Below, piece by piece: positions 1-10,400 of a stretch of DNA of 64,000 nucleotides. Source of the DNA: Escherichia coli (GTDB taxonomy: Bacteria > Pseudomonadota > Gammaproteobacteria > Enterobacterales > Enterobacteriaceae); the NCBI RefSeq assembly GCF_009931435.1, contig NZ_CP043414.1. One strand, written 5' to 3'. A model generated the notes under the pieces. That model was not told the DNA's origin and searched no databases. It worked only from the letters and a program-made list of their open reading frames with translations. Positions within the stretch are counted from its first letter, which is position 1, and every line of letters starts with the position of its first letter. A program made the position numbers and the translations under genes.

Positions 1-136
1 AGCACAGGCGATCAAAAACACCGATATTGCTGAAGAACTTGAACTGCCGCCGGTGAAAATTCACTGTTCTATTCTGGCAGAAGACGCGATCAAAGCCGCC
101 ATTGCGGACTATAAAAGCAAACGTGAAGCAAAATAA
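1..136 (+). CDS. iscU: Fe-S cluster scaffold protein IscU, 3' end only (5' part outside window)
   Basis: Frame 1 translates to ...EELELPPVKIHCSILAEDAIKAAIADYKSKREAK then TAA at 134-136; matches the conserved IscU C-terminus; followed 16 nt later by iscA. Confidence 0.85.
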   Translation, partial: AQAIKNTDIAEELELPPVKIHCSILAEDAIKAAIADYKSKREAK

Positions 137-152
137 GAGTTGAGGTTTGGTT

Positions 153-476
153 ATGTCGATTACACTGAGCGACAGTGCAGCAGCGCGAGTAAATACCTTT
201 CTGGCTAACCGCGGCAAAGGGTTTGGCCTGCGTCTGGGTGTGAGAACCTCCGGATGTTCAGGTATGGCTTATGTACTGGAATTTGTTGACGAACCGACGC
301 CGGAAGACATCGTGTTTGAAGACAAAGGCGTGAAAGTCGTGGTCGATGGCAAAAGCCTGCAATTTCTGGACGGTACGCAACTGGATTTCGTAAAAGAAGG
401 CCTGAACGAAGGGTTTAAATTTACCAACCCGAACGTCAAAGATGAGTGTGGTTGCGGCGAAAGCTTCCACGTTTGA
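153..476 (+). CDS. iscA: Iron-sulfur cluster assembly protein IscA (A-type carrier)
   Basis: ORF 147-476 (TTG at 147, ATG at 153 giving [13 protein letters not shown]...); C-terminal CGCGESF cysteine motif; position between iscU and hscB. Confidence 0.93.
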   Translation: MSITLSDSAAARVNTFLANRGKGFGLRLGVRTSGCSGMAYVLEFVDEPTPEDIVFEDKGVKVVVDGKSLQFLDGTQLDFVKEGLNEGFKFTNPNVKDECGCGESFHV

Positions 477-571
477 TGCGCATACCGATAACCCCACCGT
501 GGTCAGCTGCGCGTGGGGTTTGTTTTACCTGATTCGTCGTTATTGCGGCGGATCGCAGCCCTGAGAATGTT

Positions 572-1087
572 ATGGATTACTTCACCCTCTTTGGCTTGCC
601 TGCCCGTTATCAACTCGATACCCAGGCACTGAGCCTGCGTTTTCAGGATCTACAACGTCAGTATCATCCTGATAAATTCGCCAGCGGAAGCCAGGCGGAA
701 CAACTCGCCGCCGTACAGCAATCTGCAACCATTAACCAGGCCTGGCAAACGCTGCGTCATCCGTTAATGCGCGCGGAATATTTACTTTCTTTGCACGGTT
801 TTGATCTCGCCAGCGAGCAGCATACTGTGCGCGACACCGCGTTCCTGATGGAACAGCTGGAGCTTCGCGAAGAACTGGACGAGATCGAACAGGCGAAAGA
901 TGAAGCACGGCTGGAAAGCTTTATCAAACGTGTGAAAAAGATGTTTGATACCCGCCATCAGTTGATGGTTGAACAGTTAGACAACGAGACGTGGGACGCG
1001 GCGGCGGATACCGTGCGTAAGCTGCGTTTTCTCGATAAACTGCGAAGCAGTGCCGAACAACTCGAAGAAAAACTGCTCGATTTTTAA
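572..1087 (+). CDS. hscB: Co-chaperone HscB (J-domain protein for Fe-S cluster biogenesis)
   Basis: 171-aa ORF with J-domain HPD motif (QYHPDKF); sits upstream of hscA. Confidence 0.93.
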   Translation: MDYFTLFGLPARYQLDTQALSLRFQDLQRQYHPDKFASGSQAEQLAAVQQSATINQAWQTLRHPLMRAEYLLSLHGFDLASEQHTVRDTAFLMEQLELREELDEIEQAKDEARLESFIKRVKKMFDTRHQLMVEQLDNETWDAAADTVRKLRFLDKLRSSAEQLEEKLLDF

Positions 1088-1103
1088 TTTCTGGAAGCTA
1101 AAC

Positions 1104-2954
1104 ATGGCCTTATTACAAATTAGTGAACCTGGTTTGAGTGCTGCGCCGCATCAGCGTCGTCTGGCGGCCGGTATTGACCTGGGCACAACCAACTCGCTGG
1201 TGGCGACAGTACGCAGCGGTCAGGCCGAAACGTTAGCCGACCATGAAGGCCGTCACCTGCTGCCCTCTGTTGTTCACTATCAACAGCAGGGGCATTCGGT
1301 GGGTTATGACGCGCGCACTAACGCAGCGCTTGACACCGCCAACACCATTAGTTCTGTTAAACGCCTGATGGGGCGCTCGCTGGCTGATATCCAGCAACGC
1401 TACCCGCATTTGCCTTATCAATTCCAGGCCAGCGAAAACGGCTTGCCGATGATTGAAACAGCAGCGGGATTGCTGAATCCGGTGCGCGTTTCTGCGGACA
1501 TCCTCAAAGCACTGGCGGCGCGGGCAACTGAAGCCCTGGCAGGCGACTTGGATGGTGTCGTTATCACCGTTCCGGCGTACTTTGACGATGCCCAGCGTCA
1601 GGGCACCAAAGACGCGGCGCGTTTGGCTGGGCTGCATGTTCTGCGCTTGCTTAACGAACCGACCGCTGCGGCTATCGCCTACGGACTGGACTCCGGTCAG
1701 GAAGGCGTGATCGCTGTTTATGACCTCGGTGGCGGGACGTTTGATATTTCCATTCTTCGCTTAAGTCGCGGCGTGTTCGAAGTGCTGGCGACCGGCGGTG
1801 ATTCCGCGCTCGGCGGCGATGACTTTGACCATCTGTTAGCAGATTACATTCGCGAACAGGCGGGCATTCCTGACCGTAGCGATAACCGCGTTCAGCGTGA
1901 ACTGCTGGATGCCGCCATTGCGGCCAAAATCGCGCTGAGCGATGCGGACTCTGTGACCGTGAATGTTGCGGGCTGGCAGGGTGAAATCAGCCGTGAACAA
2001 TTCAATGAACTGATCGCGCCATTGGTAAAACGAACCTTACTGGCTTGTCGTCGTGCGCTGAAAGACGCGGGCGTTGAGGCTGACGACGTACTGGAAGTGG
2101 TGATGGTTGGTGGTTCTACCCGCGTGCCGCTGGTGCGTGAACGGGTGGGTGAATTTTTCGGTCGTCCACCGCTGACTTCCATCGACCCGGATAAAGTCGT
2201 CGCTATTGGCGCGGCGATTCAGGCGGATATTCTGGTGGGTAATAAGCCGGACAGCGAAATGCTGTTGCTTGATGTGATCCCGCTGTCGCTGGGCCTGGAA
2301 ACCATGGGCGGCCTGGTGGAGAAAGTGATCCCGCGTAACACCACAATTCCGGTGGCGCGCGCCCAGGATTTCACCACCTTTAAAGATGGTCAGACGGCGA
2401 TGTCTATCCATGTAATGCAGGGTGAGCGTGAGCTGGTGCAGGACTGCCGCTCGCTGGCGCGTTTTGCGCTGCGTGGTATTCCGGCGCTACCGGCTGGCGG
2501 CGCGCATATTCGCGTAACGTTTCAGGTCGATGCTGATGGTCTTTTGAGCGTGACGGCGATGGAGAAATCCACCGGCGTTGAGGCGTCTATTCAGGTTAAA
2601 CCGTCTTATGGTCTGACCGACAGTGAAATCGCTTCGATGATCAAAGACTCAATGAGCTATGCCGAGCAGGACGTAAAAGCCCGTATGCTGGCTGAACAAA
2701 AAGTAGAAGCAGCGCGTGTACTGGAAAGTTTGCACGGCGCGCTGGCTGCTGATGCCGCGCTGTTAAGCGCCGCAGAACGTCAGGTCATTGACGATGCTGC
2801 CGCTCACCTGAGTGAAGTGGCGCAGGGCGATGATGTTGACGCCATCGAACAAGCGATTAAAAACGTAGACAAACAAACCCAGGATTTCGCCGCTCGCCGC
2901 ATGGACCAGTCGGTTCGTCGTGCGCTGAAGGGCCATTCCGTGGACGAGGTTTAA
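1104..2954 (+). CDS. hscA: Hsp70-type chaperone HscA
   Basis: ORF 1050-2954; ATG at 1104 gives [10 protein letters not shown]... (616 aa); Hsp70 motifs IDLGTTNS and DLGGGTFD. Confidence 0.95.
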   Translation: MALLQISEPGLSAAPHQRRLAAGIDLGTTNSLVATVRSGQAETLADHEGRHLLPSVVHYQQQGHSVGYDARTNAALDTANTISSVKRLMGRSLADIQQRYPHLPYQFQASENGLPMIETAAGLLNPVRVSADILKALAARATEALAGDLDGVVITVPAYFDDAQRQGTKDAARLAGLHVLRLLNEPTAAAIAYGLDSGQEGVIAVYDLGGGTFDISILRLSRGVFEVLATGGDSALGGDDFDHLLADYIREQAGIPDRSDNRVQRELLDAAIAAKIALSDADSVTVNVAGWQGEISREQFNELIAPLVKRTLLACRRALKDAGVEADDVLEVVMVGGSTRVPLVRERVGEFFGRPPLTSIDPDKVVAIGAAIQADILVGNKPDSEMLLLDVIPLSLGLETMGGLVEKVIPRNTTIPVARAQDFTTFKDGQTAMSIHVMQGERELVQDCRSLARFALRGIPALPAGGAHIRVTFQVDADGLLSVTAMEKSTGVEASIQVKPSYGLTDSEIASMIKDSMSYAEQDVKARMLAEQKVEAARVLESLHGALAADAALLSAAERQVIDDAAAHLSEVAQGDDVDAIEQAIKNVDKQTQDFAARRMDQSVRRALKGHSVDEV

Positions 2955-2955
2955 T

Positions 2956-3291
2956 ATGCCAAAGATTGTTATTTTACCTCATCAGGATCTCTGTCCTGAT
3001 GGCGCTGTTCTGGAAGCGAATAGCGGTGAAACCATTCTCGACGTTGCGCTGCGTAACGGCATCGAGATTGAACACGCCTGTGAAAAATCCTGTGCTTGCA
3101 CCACCTGCCACTGCATCGTTCGTGAAGGTTTTGATTCGCTGCCGGAAAGCTCAGAGCAGGAAGACGACATGCTGGACAAAGCCTGGGGGCTGGAGCCGGA
3201 AAGCCGTTTAAGCTGCCAGGCGCGCGTTACCGACGAAGATTTAGTGGTCGAAATTCCGCGTTACACTATCAACCATGCGCGTGAGCATTAA
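2956..3291 (+). CDS. fdx: [2Fe-2S] ferredoxin Fdx (isc operon)
   Basis: 111-aa ORF with cysteine cluster [12 protein letters not shown]; start 2 nt after hscA stop. Confidence 0.93.
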
Positions 3292-3302
3292 CAGAGGTTA
3301 GT

Positions 3303-3503
3303 ATGGGACTTAAGTGGACCGATAGCCGCGAAATTGGCGAAGCACTGTACGATGCATATCCCGATCTTGATCCGAAAACGGTTCGATTCACTGATATGCA
3401 TCAGTGGATTTGCGATCTGGAAGATTTCGACGACGACCCGCAGGCGTCCAACGAGAAAATCCTCGAAGCGATTTTATTAGTCTGGCTGGACGAAGCCGAG
3501 TGA
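3303..3503 (+). CDS. iscX: Fe-S assembly accessory protein IscX (YfhJ)
   Basis: 66-aa acidic ORF directly after fdx, typical isc operon position. Confidence 0.88.
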
Positions 3504-3680
3504 TTTCCGCGTCATGCTTCACGCCGCAGATGCGTTGGCTGCGCTCGTTCACCCCAGTCACATAGTTATCTATGTTCCTGAGGCTTCACTCACTTGCCGC
3601 CTTCCTGCAACGCGAATCATTTAGCGGAAAAATCCTGGGGCTGCCAACTGGTGGCCCTTTTACAAATAAGGATAACTAAA

Positions 3681-4964
3681 ATGACAGAAGCGATGAAGAT
3701 TACCCTCTCGACCCAACCTGCCGACGCGCGCTGGGGAGAAAAAGCAACTTACAGCATTAATAATGACGGCATTACCCTGCATTTGAACGGGGCAGACGAT
3801 CTGGGGCTGATCCAGCGTGCGGCGCGCAAGATTGATGGTCTGGGCATCAAGCATGTTCAGTTAAGCGGTGAAGGCTGGGATGCGGATCGTTGCTGGGCAT
3901 TCTGGCAAGGTTACAAAGCCCCGAAAGGCACGCGTAAAGTGGAGTGGCCGGATCTGGACGATGCCCAGCGTCAGGAACTGGATAACCGCCTGATGATCAT
4001 CGACTGGGTGCGTGACACCATCAACGCACCAGCAGAAGAACTGGGGCCATCGCAACTGGCACAGCGTGCTGTTGATCTGATCAGCAACGTCGCAGGCGAT
4101 CGTGTGACTTACCGGATCACCAAAGGTGAAGATCTGCGCGATCAAGATTATATGGGGCTGCACACTGTCGGGCGTGGTTCAGAACGTTCCCCGGTATTGC
4201 TGGCGCTGGATTACAACCCAACTGGCGATAAAGAAGCGCCGGTGTACGCGTGCCTGGTAGGTAAAGGCATCACCTTTGATTCCGGCGGCTACAGCATCAA
4301 ACAGACCGCGTTTATGGACTCAATGAAGTCTGACATGGGCGGTGCGGCAACGGTTACCGGGGCGCTGGCATTTGCCATTACGCGCGGTCTGAACAAGCGT
4401 GTGAAGCTGTTCCTCTGCTGTGCGGATAACCTGATTAGCGGCAACGCGTTCAAACTGGGCGATATCATTACCTATCGCAACGGTAAAAAAGTCGAAGTCA
4501 TGAACACCGATGCGGAAGGGCGTCTGGTTCTGGCAGATGGCCTGATTGACGCCAGTGCGCAGAAACCGGAACTGATTATCGATGCCGCGACACTCACCGG
4601 GGCGGCGAAAACCGCGCTGGGTAATGATTATCACGCATTGTTCAGTTTTGACGATGCGCTTGCCGGTCGCTTGCTGGCGAGTGCTACACAAGAGAACGAA
4701 CCGTTCTGGCGTCTGCCGCTGGCTGAATTCCACCGCAGCCAGCTGCCATCTAACTTTGCGGAACTGAACAATACCGGAAGCGCGGCGTATCCGGCGGGTG
4801 CAAGTACGGCGGCGGGCTTCCTGTCGCACTTTGTTGAGAACTATAAACAAGGTTGGCTGCATATCGACTGTTCGGCGACTTACCGTAAAGCACCAGTTGA
4901 ACAGTGGTCTGCGGGTGCGACCGGGCTGGGTGTGCGCACGATTGCTAATCTGTTAACGGCGTAA
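3681..4964 (+). CDS. pepB: Aminopeptidase B (M17 family peptidase)
   Basis: ORF 3594-4964; ATG at 3681 gives [10 protein letters not shown]... (427 aa); M17 active-site region NTDAEGRL. Confidence 0.93.
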   Translation: MTEAMKITLSTQPADARWGEKATYSINNDGITLHLNGADDLGLIQRAARKIDGLGIKHVQLSGEGWDADRCWAFWQGYKAPKGTRKVEWPDLDDAQRQELDNRLMIIDWVRDTINAPAEELGPSQLAQRAVDLISNVAGDRVTYRITKGEDLRDQDYMGLHTVGRGSERSPVLLALDYNPTGDKEAPVYACLVGKGITFDSGGYSIKQTAFMDSMKSDMGGAATVTGALAFAITRGLNKRVKLFLCCADNLISGNAFKLGDIITYRNGKKVEVMNTDAEGRLVLADGLIDASAQKPELIIDAATLTGAAKTALGNDYHALFSFDDALAGRLLASATQENEPFWRLPLAEFHRSQLPSNFAELNNTGSAAYPAGASTAAGFLSHFVENYKQGWLHIDCSATYRKAPVEQWSAGATGLGVRTIANLLTA

Positions 4965-4971
4965 ACTAATA

Positions 4972-5071
<100 letters not shown>

Positions 5072-5106
5072 CTTGTGCCCCGAACGTTGAATGAATTGTG
5101 GTTCTT

Positions 5107-5883
5107 ATGTCCGAAACAAAAAACGAACTTGAAGACCTGCTGGAAAAAGCAGCAACCGAACCGGCGCACCGCCCGGCCTTTTTCCGTACTCTACTGGAAT
5201 CCACTGTCTGGGTACCAGGTACGGCGGCGCAGGGCGAGGCAGTGGCTGAAGATAGCGCGCTTGATTTACAGCACTGGGAAAAAGAAGATGGCACCAGCGT
5301 TATTCCTTTTTTTACCTCGTTAGAAGCACTTCAACAGGCGGTTGAAGACGAACAGGCATTTGTCGTAATGCCCGTTCGCACATTGTTTGAGATGACCCTT
5401 GGCGAAACGCTCTTCCTTAATGCCAAACTGCCAACCGGTAAAGAATTTATGCCGCGTGAAATCAGTTTGCTGATTGGTGAAGAAGGGAATCCGCTGAGCA
5501 GTCAGGAAGTACTGGAAGGCGGTGAATCGCTGATATTATCGGAGGTCGCAGAGCCGCCAGCACAAATGATTGATTCACTTACCACCTTATTTAAAACCAT
5601 TAAGCCGGTGAAGCGTGCTTTTATTTGTTCAATTAAAGAGAACGAAGAGGCACAGCCTAATTTACTTATTGGCATTGAAGCTGATGGCGATATCGAAGAA
5701 ATTATTCAGGCGGCGGGAAGTGTAGCGACCGATACATTACCTGGTGATGAACCAATCGATATTTGCCAGGTGAAAAAAGGGGAAAAAGGAATTAGCCACT
5801 TTATTACCGAACATATTGCGCCATTCTATGAACGTCGCTGGGGTGGATTCCTGCGTGATTTTAAACAAAATCGGATAATTTAA
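5107..5883 (+). CDS. sseB: SseB (enhanced serine sensitivity protein B)
   Basis: ORF 5098-5883 (GTG at 5098); ATG at 5107 gives MSETKNELEDLLEKA... (258 aa); position between pepB and sseA. Confidence 0.85.
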   Translation: MSETKNELEDLLEKAATEPAHRPAFFRTLLESTVWVPGTAAQGEAVAEDSALDLQHWEKEDGTSVIPFFTSLEALQQAVEDEQAFVVMPVRTLFEMTLGETLFLNAKLPTGKEFMPREISLLIGEEGNPLSSQEVLEGGESLILSEVAEPPAQMIDSLTTLFKTIKPVKRAFICSIKENEEAQPNLLIGIEADGDIEEIIQAAGSVATDTLPGDEPIDICQVKKGEKGISHFITEHIAPFYERRWGGFLRDFKQNRII

Positions 5884-5887
5884 AATA

Positions 5888-5912
5888 TGCCGCCCAAAGG
5901 GCGGCATTCGGG
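5888..5912 (+). terminator. Possible sseB terminator hairpin (gccgcccaaagggcggc), weak T-tract
   Basis: Perfect GC-rich stem 5 nt after sseB stop; downstream T-run is poor. Confidence 0.4.
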
Positions 5913-5914
5913 CT

Positions 5915-6345
5915 TACTTGCTGTTCTGAAGGTTGTTAACCATCAGTAAATTGTTGCCGGAGGGACTCCGGTTATTATTTACCTCGGTTAACAGCGCACC
6001 AGAAACAATAAGTACGATACAGAAGTACCGTATCTTCATTGTGCGGTCCATGCGAAGACCGCATCACGACAGCACCACTGGCGATATTGCCGCGATAGCA
6101 AGCGCTGTGGGGTGCCTGCATTTACGGTCATGGAACATCCTTTCCTAAAGCCAGCGCCCGTTTGCGAGACGGCGAAAAGGGCCGTCACGAATAATACTCT
6201 CATATTTGAATAATTACTCTATTTATTATCTTGACTTGGCCAGGCATAAAAGAGAGTATTTCAACACTGTGGGGTGCCTGCGTTGCTCCGGCAACACAAG
6301 TCAACCTGCTGGAAAGGCCGCGAACCAGACCAGCAATAAAAAACC
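5915..6345. ncRNA. ryfA: ryfA small-RNA locus (approximate bounds, strand not resolved)
   Basis: Non-coding ~0.45 kb gap between sseB and sseA where I recall ryfA lying in E. coli; bounded by hairpins at 5888-5912 and 6347-6372; exact ends not determinable from sequence alone. Confidence 0.3.
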
Positions 6346-6346
6346 G

Positions 6347-6372
6347 CCAAATTCGGCGGTTTTTTATTGCCT
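6347..6372. terminator. Bidirectional rho-independent terminator (aaaaaaccgccaaattcggcggttttttatt)
   Basis: GC stem flanked by A-run and T-run, 10 nt downstream of the sseA stop on the minus strand. Confidence 0.65.
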
Positions 6373-6381
6373 GTAAAAAGC

Positions 6382-7227
6382 TTATTTCAATGGCTCAACC
6401 GGTAAATCTGCCCGTGCGCCCCATTCACTCCATGCGCCGTCGTACAGTTTCACGTTTGGCACATCCAGCGTCGCGAGTGCCAACAAAACCACGGCTGCCG
6501 TTACACCAGAACCGCAGCTGACGATAATTGGTTTGTCGTAGCTGACACCGCGACCAAAAAATATCGCATCCAGTTCATCGGTCGTTTTTAGTTCGCCTTC
6601 ACGGACCAGTTCCGTCCACGGAACGTTCAATGCACCGGGAATATGTCCGCGACGTAAACCTGGGCGAGGTTCATCAACTTCTGCGTTAAAACGTGTAGCC
6701 GGGCGGGCATCAATAATTTGCGCCGTATTTTCATGGCTTGCCAATAATACATCGGTTACTTTCACCACGGCTTCAGGATTAAACGCGGCGTTAAACTCTC
6801 CTTCCGGCAGCTCTACTGCGCCTTCTTCTAATAGCAGATCATCACGCTGCCAGCCTGCAAGTCCACCACCCAGAATCGACACTTTCTCTACACCAAAGGT
6901 GCGCAGCATCCACCATGCGCGTGGGGCTGAGAAAAGATTACCTTCGTCATAGACAATCAGGTGCTTATCCTGGTTAACGCCTAACTCACGCATCGCCACG
7001 GCGAACGTTTCCGGGCGCGGCAGCATGTGCGGAAGCGGGGAAGTGTGATCAGAAAGCGCTTCGATATCGAAAAACACTGCGCCGGGAATATGTCCATTCA
7101 GATACTCCTGGGCAACGTTACGATCTTCCTGTCCAGGCGGTGCCATGCGGGCATCGATAATCTGAATTTCCGGGTCATCAATATGTTCGGCGAGCCAGTC
7201 GGCTCCTACAAACCATGTCGTGGACAT
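6382..7227 (-). CDS. sseA: 3-mercaptopyruvate sulfurtransferase (tandem rhodanese)
   Basis: ORF 6382-7239; internal ATG gives MSTTWFVGADW... (281 aa); rhodanese active-site loop CGSGVTA. Confidence 0.9.
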   Translation of the reverse strand: MSTTWFVGADWLAEHIDDPEIQIIDARMAPPGQEDRNVAQEYLNGHIPGAVFFDIEALSDHTSPLPHMLPRPETFAVAMRELGVNQDKHLIVYDEGNLFSAPRAWWMLRTFGVEKVSILGGGLAGWQRDDLLLEEGAVELPEGEFNAAFNPEAVVKVTDVLLASHENTAQIIDARPATRFNAEVDEPRPGLRRGHIPGALNVPWTELVREGELKTTDELDAIFFGRGVSYDKPIIVSCGSGVTAAVVLLALATLDVPNVKLYDGAWSEWGARADLPVEPLK

Positions 7228-7432
7228 AGGCATCTCCATTTTTGCCGGGTTAGGCTAAATTGTCGGATGTTTAGTGAAAAGCGACAAGCAAAAGAGGCTG
7301 ATTTGGCTGTCTGAGCCACAATTCTCACTAAAATTCGGATTCCATGGGCGCGATACTGAATTACATAACGTAAATTCTCACGCATAATAATTATTCGACG
7401 TTGCTAACGGGCCATTGTGGCAGGGATGAAAA

Positions 7433-10400
7433 ATGAAAAAGTTACGCGTAGCCGCCTGCATGCTAATGCTGGCGCTGGCAGGGTGCGACAACGACAACAA
7501 CGATAACGCGCCAACAGCGGTGAAAAAAGATGCACCTTCTGAAGTTACTAAAGCGGCATCTTCAGAAAACGCGAGTTCAGCAAAACTCTCTGCACCGGAG
7601 CGACAAAAACTGGCACAACAGAGTGCCGGTAAGGCGCTGACATTGCTGGATCTCTCTGAAGTCCAACTCGATGGCGCAGCCACGCTGGTGCTGACCTTCT
7701 CTATCCCTCTCGACCCGGATCAGGATTTCTCGCGCGTTATTCACGTCGTTGATAAAAAAAGCGGCAAAGTGGATGGGGCCTGGGAGCTGTCAGATAATCT
7801 TAAAGAGCTGCGTTTACGCCACCTCGAGCCGAAACGTGATTTGATCGTTACTATTGGCAAGGAGGTCAAGGCACTCAACAACGCAACCTTCAGTAAAGAT
7901 TACGAAAAAACTATAACTACCCGCGATATCCAGCCCAGCGTCGGTTTTGCCAGCCGTGGTTCGCTGCTGCCTGGAAAAGTCATTGAAGGGCTGCCGGTAA
8001 TGGCGCTCAATGTTAACAATGTCGATGTTAACTTCTTCCGTGTTAAGCCAGAATCTCTGCCAGCATTTATTAGCCAATGGGAATACCGAAATTCGCTGGC
8101 GAACTGGCAGTCAGACAAACTGCTGCAAATGGCGGATCTGGTTTATACCGGACGTTTTGATCTCAATCCTGCGCGTAACACCCGTGAAAAATTATTGCTG
8201 CCGCTGGGTGATATCAAACCGCTTCAGCAGGCGGGTGTGTATCTGGCTGTGATGAATCAGGCTGGACGTTACGATTACAGTAATCCCGCGACGCTGTTTA
8301 CATTAAGTGATATCGGCGTATCGGCCCACCGTTATCACAATCGTCTGGATATCTTTACCCAAAGCCTGGAAAACGGCGCGGCCCAGCAAGGAGTTGAAGT
8401 CTCATTATTAAATGAGAAAGGGCAGACTCTGACTCAGGCAACCAGTGATGCCCAGGGGCATGTGCAGCTGGAAAATGATAAAAACGCGGCATTACTGTTG
8501 GCGCGTAAAGACGGTCAGACAACGCTACTCGATTTAAAACTTCCGGCGCTGGACTTAGCAGAATTTAACATTGCTGGCGCGCCAGGCTATAACAAACAGT
8601 TTTTCATGTTTGGCCCGCGCGATCTTTATCGCCCGGGTGAAACAGTCATCCTTAATGGTTTATTGCGTGATGCAGACGGTAAAGCGTTGCCCGATCAACC
8701 CATCAAGCTGGACGTAATTAAACCCGACGGGCAGGTACTCAGGAGCGTCGTTAGTCAGCCGGAGAATGGCCTCTATCACTTTACGTGGCCACTCGATAGT
8801 AATGCGGCCACCGGCATGTGGCATATCCGAGCCAATACGGGCGATAACCAGTATCGGATGTGGGATTTCCACGTCGAAGATTTTATGCCAGAGCGTATGG
8901 CGCTGAATCTGACCGGTGAGAAAACCCCGCTAACGCCGAAAGATGAAGTGAAATTCTCCGTGGTGGGTTACTACCTGTACGGGGCGCCTGCTAATGGTAA
9001 TACTTTGCAAGGGCAACTTTTCCTGCGCCCACTGCGTGAAGCTGTGTCAGCCTTACCTGGTTTCGAATTCGGCGATATAGCTGCTGAAAACCTTTCGCGC
9101 ACGCTGGATGAAGTTCAGTTGACGCTGGATGATAAAGGGCGCGGCGAAGTTTCTACAGAAAGCCAGTGGAAGGAAACGCATTCCCCATTACAGGTTATTT
9201 TCCAGGGCAGTTTGCTGGAGTCTGGCGGTCGCCCGGTGACGCGCCGTGCTGAGCAGGCTATCTGGCCTGCCGATGCATTGCCGGGGATCCGTCCGCAATT
9301 CGCCTCGAAATCGGTTTACGATTATCGCACTGACAGTACGGTAAAACAGCCCATTGTTGATGAAGGCAGTAACGCCGCTTTCGACATCGTTTATAGCGAT
9401 GCACAGGGCGTCAAAAAAGCTGTGTCTGGCTTACAAGTGCGCCTGATTCGCGAACGCCGCGATTACTACTGGAACTGGTCAGAAGATGAAGGCTGGCAGT
9501 CACAGTTTGATCAAAAAGATCTGATCGAAAATGAACAAACACTGGATCTTCAGGCTGATGAAACCGGTAAAGTCAGTTTCCCGGTAGAGTGGGGCGCTTA
9601 TCGTCTGGAAGTCAAAGCGCCGAATGAAGCGGTCAGTAGTGTGCGTTTCTGGGCTGGCTATAGCTGGCAGGACAATAGCGACGGTAGCGGTGCTGTGCGA
9701 CCAGACCGTGTCACGCTGAAACTGGATAAAGCCAGTTATCGCCCTGGTGATACCATTAAGTTGCACATTGCCGCACCAACGGCGGGTAAAGGCTATGCGA
9801 TGGTCGAGTCCAGTGAAGGGCCGCTGTGGTGGCAGGAGATTGATGTTCCGGCACAAGGGCTGGATCTGACGATTCCGGTCGATAAAACCTGGAATCGTCA
9901 TGATCTTTATTTAAGTACGCTGGTGGTACGTCCTGGCGATAAATCTCGCTCCGCGACGCCAAAACGCGCAGTTGGCGTGTTGCATTTGCCGCTTGGCGAT
10001 GAAAACCGTCGTCTCGATCTGGCGCTGGAAACTCCAGCGAAAATACGCCCCAATCAGCCATTAACCGTGAAAATTAAAGCCAGCAATAAAAATGGTGAGA
10101 TGCCAAAACAGGTGAATGTGCTGGTGTCTGCGGTTGATAGCGGTGTGTTGAATATTACTGATTATGTCACGCCAGATCCGTGGCAGGCATTCTTTGGTCA
10201 GAAACGCTATGGCGCAGATATTTACGATATTTACGGTCAGGTCATTGAAGGTCAGGGGCGTCTGGCAGCTCTGCGTTTTGGTGGCGATGGTGATGAACTG
10301 AAACGCGGTGGTAAACCGCCAGTAAATCACGTCAATATTGTTGCGCAACAGGCGCTACCGGTAACACTCAACGAACAGGGCGAAGGCACGGTTACATTGC

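Noticed and set aside
6231-6521. 96-aa plus-strand ORF crossing the sseA terminator into the sseA 3' end
   Set aside because: Crosses a terminator hairpin and overlaps sseA antisense; Arg/Pro-rich artefact
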